Shown piece by piece: positions 51,009-51,369 of a DNA stretch of 51,369 nucleotides. How positions within the stretch are numbered: the stretch's first letter is position 1; each line of letters begins with the position of its first letter. Source of the DNA: Ilumatobacteraceae bacterium. Lineage in GTDB: Bacteria > Actinomycetota > Acidimicrobiia > Acidimicrobiales > Ilumatobacteraceae. Location of the stretch: positions 1 to 51,369 of the forward strand of contig JANMQX010000093.1 of NCBI GenBank assembly GCA_031370745.1, in the 5' to 3' direction. Position numbers and translations under genes: made by a program. A model generated the notes under the pieces. That model was not told the DNA's origin. It did not search any database and saw nothing but the letters and a program-made list of their open reading frames with translations.

Positions 51009-51369
51009 ATGAGCGCGACGGGACCAGGAGCGCAGGCGCAGTCCGCGACGGCTGACCGCGAGATCGTGATCTCCCGGGTCATCAGTGCTGCTCGAGCGCT
51101 GGTGTTCGAGGCGTTCACCGAGGTGCGGCACCTGTCGCGTTGGTGGGGACCGGAGGGCTTCACCACCACCACGCGGGCGTTCGAGTTCCGCGTCGGCGGG
51201 GAGTGGGACTTCGTGATGCACGGACCCGACGGGACGGACTACCAGGAGTGGATCTCCTGGACCGAGATCGCCCCGCCGGAGCGGATCGCGCTGGTGCACG
51301 GTGAGTCCCGCGGCGACCCGAACGCCTTCGAGTCGGTTTTGACGTTCGCGCCCGACGGCGCGGCGACCC
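51009..51369 (+). CDS. SRPBCC/AHSA1-like protein (5' part; runs off the window)
   Basis: Not in the track because it has no stop. Own translation from ATG 51009: MSATGPGAQAQSATADREIVISRVISAARALVFEAFTEVRHLSRWWGPEGFTTTTRAFEFRVGGEWDFVMHGPDGTDYQEWISWTEIAPPERI. This is the usual partner of ArsR regulators. Confidence 0.85.
   Translation, partial: MSATGPGAQAQSATADREIVISRVISAARALVFEAFTEVRHLSRWWGPEGFTTTTRAFEFRVGGEWDFVMHGPDGTDYQEWISWTEIAPPERIALVHGESRGDPNAFESVLTFAPDGAAT

Noticed and set aside
50475-51299. N-terminal 275 codons of the 596-aa track ORF (49509-51299)
   Set aside because: The recognisable protein starts with a lipoprotein signal at ATG 50474. The upstream part is Arg/Pro-rich and runs antisense through the ArsR and SRPBCC genes.
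1-51369. Search for CRISPR arrays, rRNA, tRNA, integrase/att sites, toxin-antitoxin pairs, reverse transcriptases or restriction-modification/defence cassettes
   Set aside because: By eye I found no regularly spaced direct repeats, no rRNA- or tRNA-like sequence, and no recognisable defence, RT or TA proteins. The only repeats are the short ones listed (origin 9-mers, DnaA boxes, rpsR 26-mer, dnaB operator repeat). A computational repeat and HMM scan would be needed to be definitive.

Overview
High-GC actinobacterial-type chromosome, replication-origin region. All calls were made by eye from the sequence and ORF track, with no database search. Many track ORFs are the longest possible ATG/GTG/TTG extensions, so I trimmed starts using RBS, 4-nt overlaps and conserved N-termini. 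Left to right: (1) a truncated IS5-family transposase at the window edge. (2) Minus-strand dnaA-dnaN-recF-DUF721 (DciA-like), with a candidate oriC in the 223-bp dnaA-dnaN spacer (AT-rich TAA triplets, GC cluster, DnaA box) and three perfect TTGTCCACA boxes upstream of dnaA. (3) Divergent rpmH-rnpA-yidD-yidC-jag-rsmG-parA-parB with two parS sites. (4) A ~9.7-kb co-directional minus-strand array: GNAT, DUF6049-like, DegV, Ser/Thr kinase, ECF sigma, anti-sigma, small membrane protein, trxB, trxA, cwlM-like. (5) HDAC-family deacetylase coupled to the CCA-adding enzyme. (6) A PAS-GGDEF-EAL membrane protein, a methyltransferase, DUF5318 and DinB-like genes. (7) rpsF-ssb-rpsR-rplI-dnaB, with DnaA boxes and tandem operator-like repeats upstream of dnaB. 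(8) A more accessory right half: decayed VOC pseudogene, aminotransferase, membrane GGDEF, RidA, DUF1345-like, CsbD, methyltransferase, FtsX permease plus an ABC ATPase with a cNMP-binding domain, a class III cyclase remnant, an S1 protease plus Tat-signal flavin amine oxidase pair, a flippase-like/pseudokinase fusion, an EAL-GAF-GGDEF-EAL protein, a PAS/degenerate-GGDEF/LuxR regulator, a lipoprotein hydrolase, and an ArsR-SRPBCC pair. I found no rRNA, tRNA or CRISPR array. The most interesting candidates are the LuxR regulator with a dead GGDEF that keeps its I-site (possible c-di-GMP-responsive transcription factor) inside a nucleotide-second-messenger-dense region, the flippase-like/pseudokinase fusion together with the absence of murJ from its usual locus, the DnaA-box and operator architecture at dnaB, and the RGG/acidic tail on S18.
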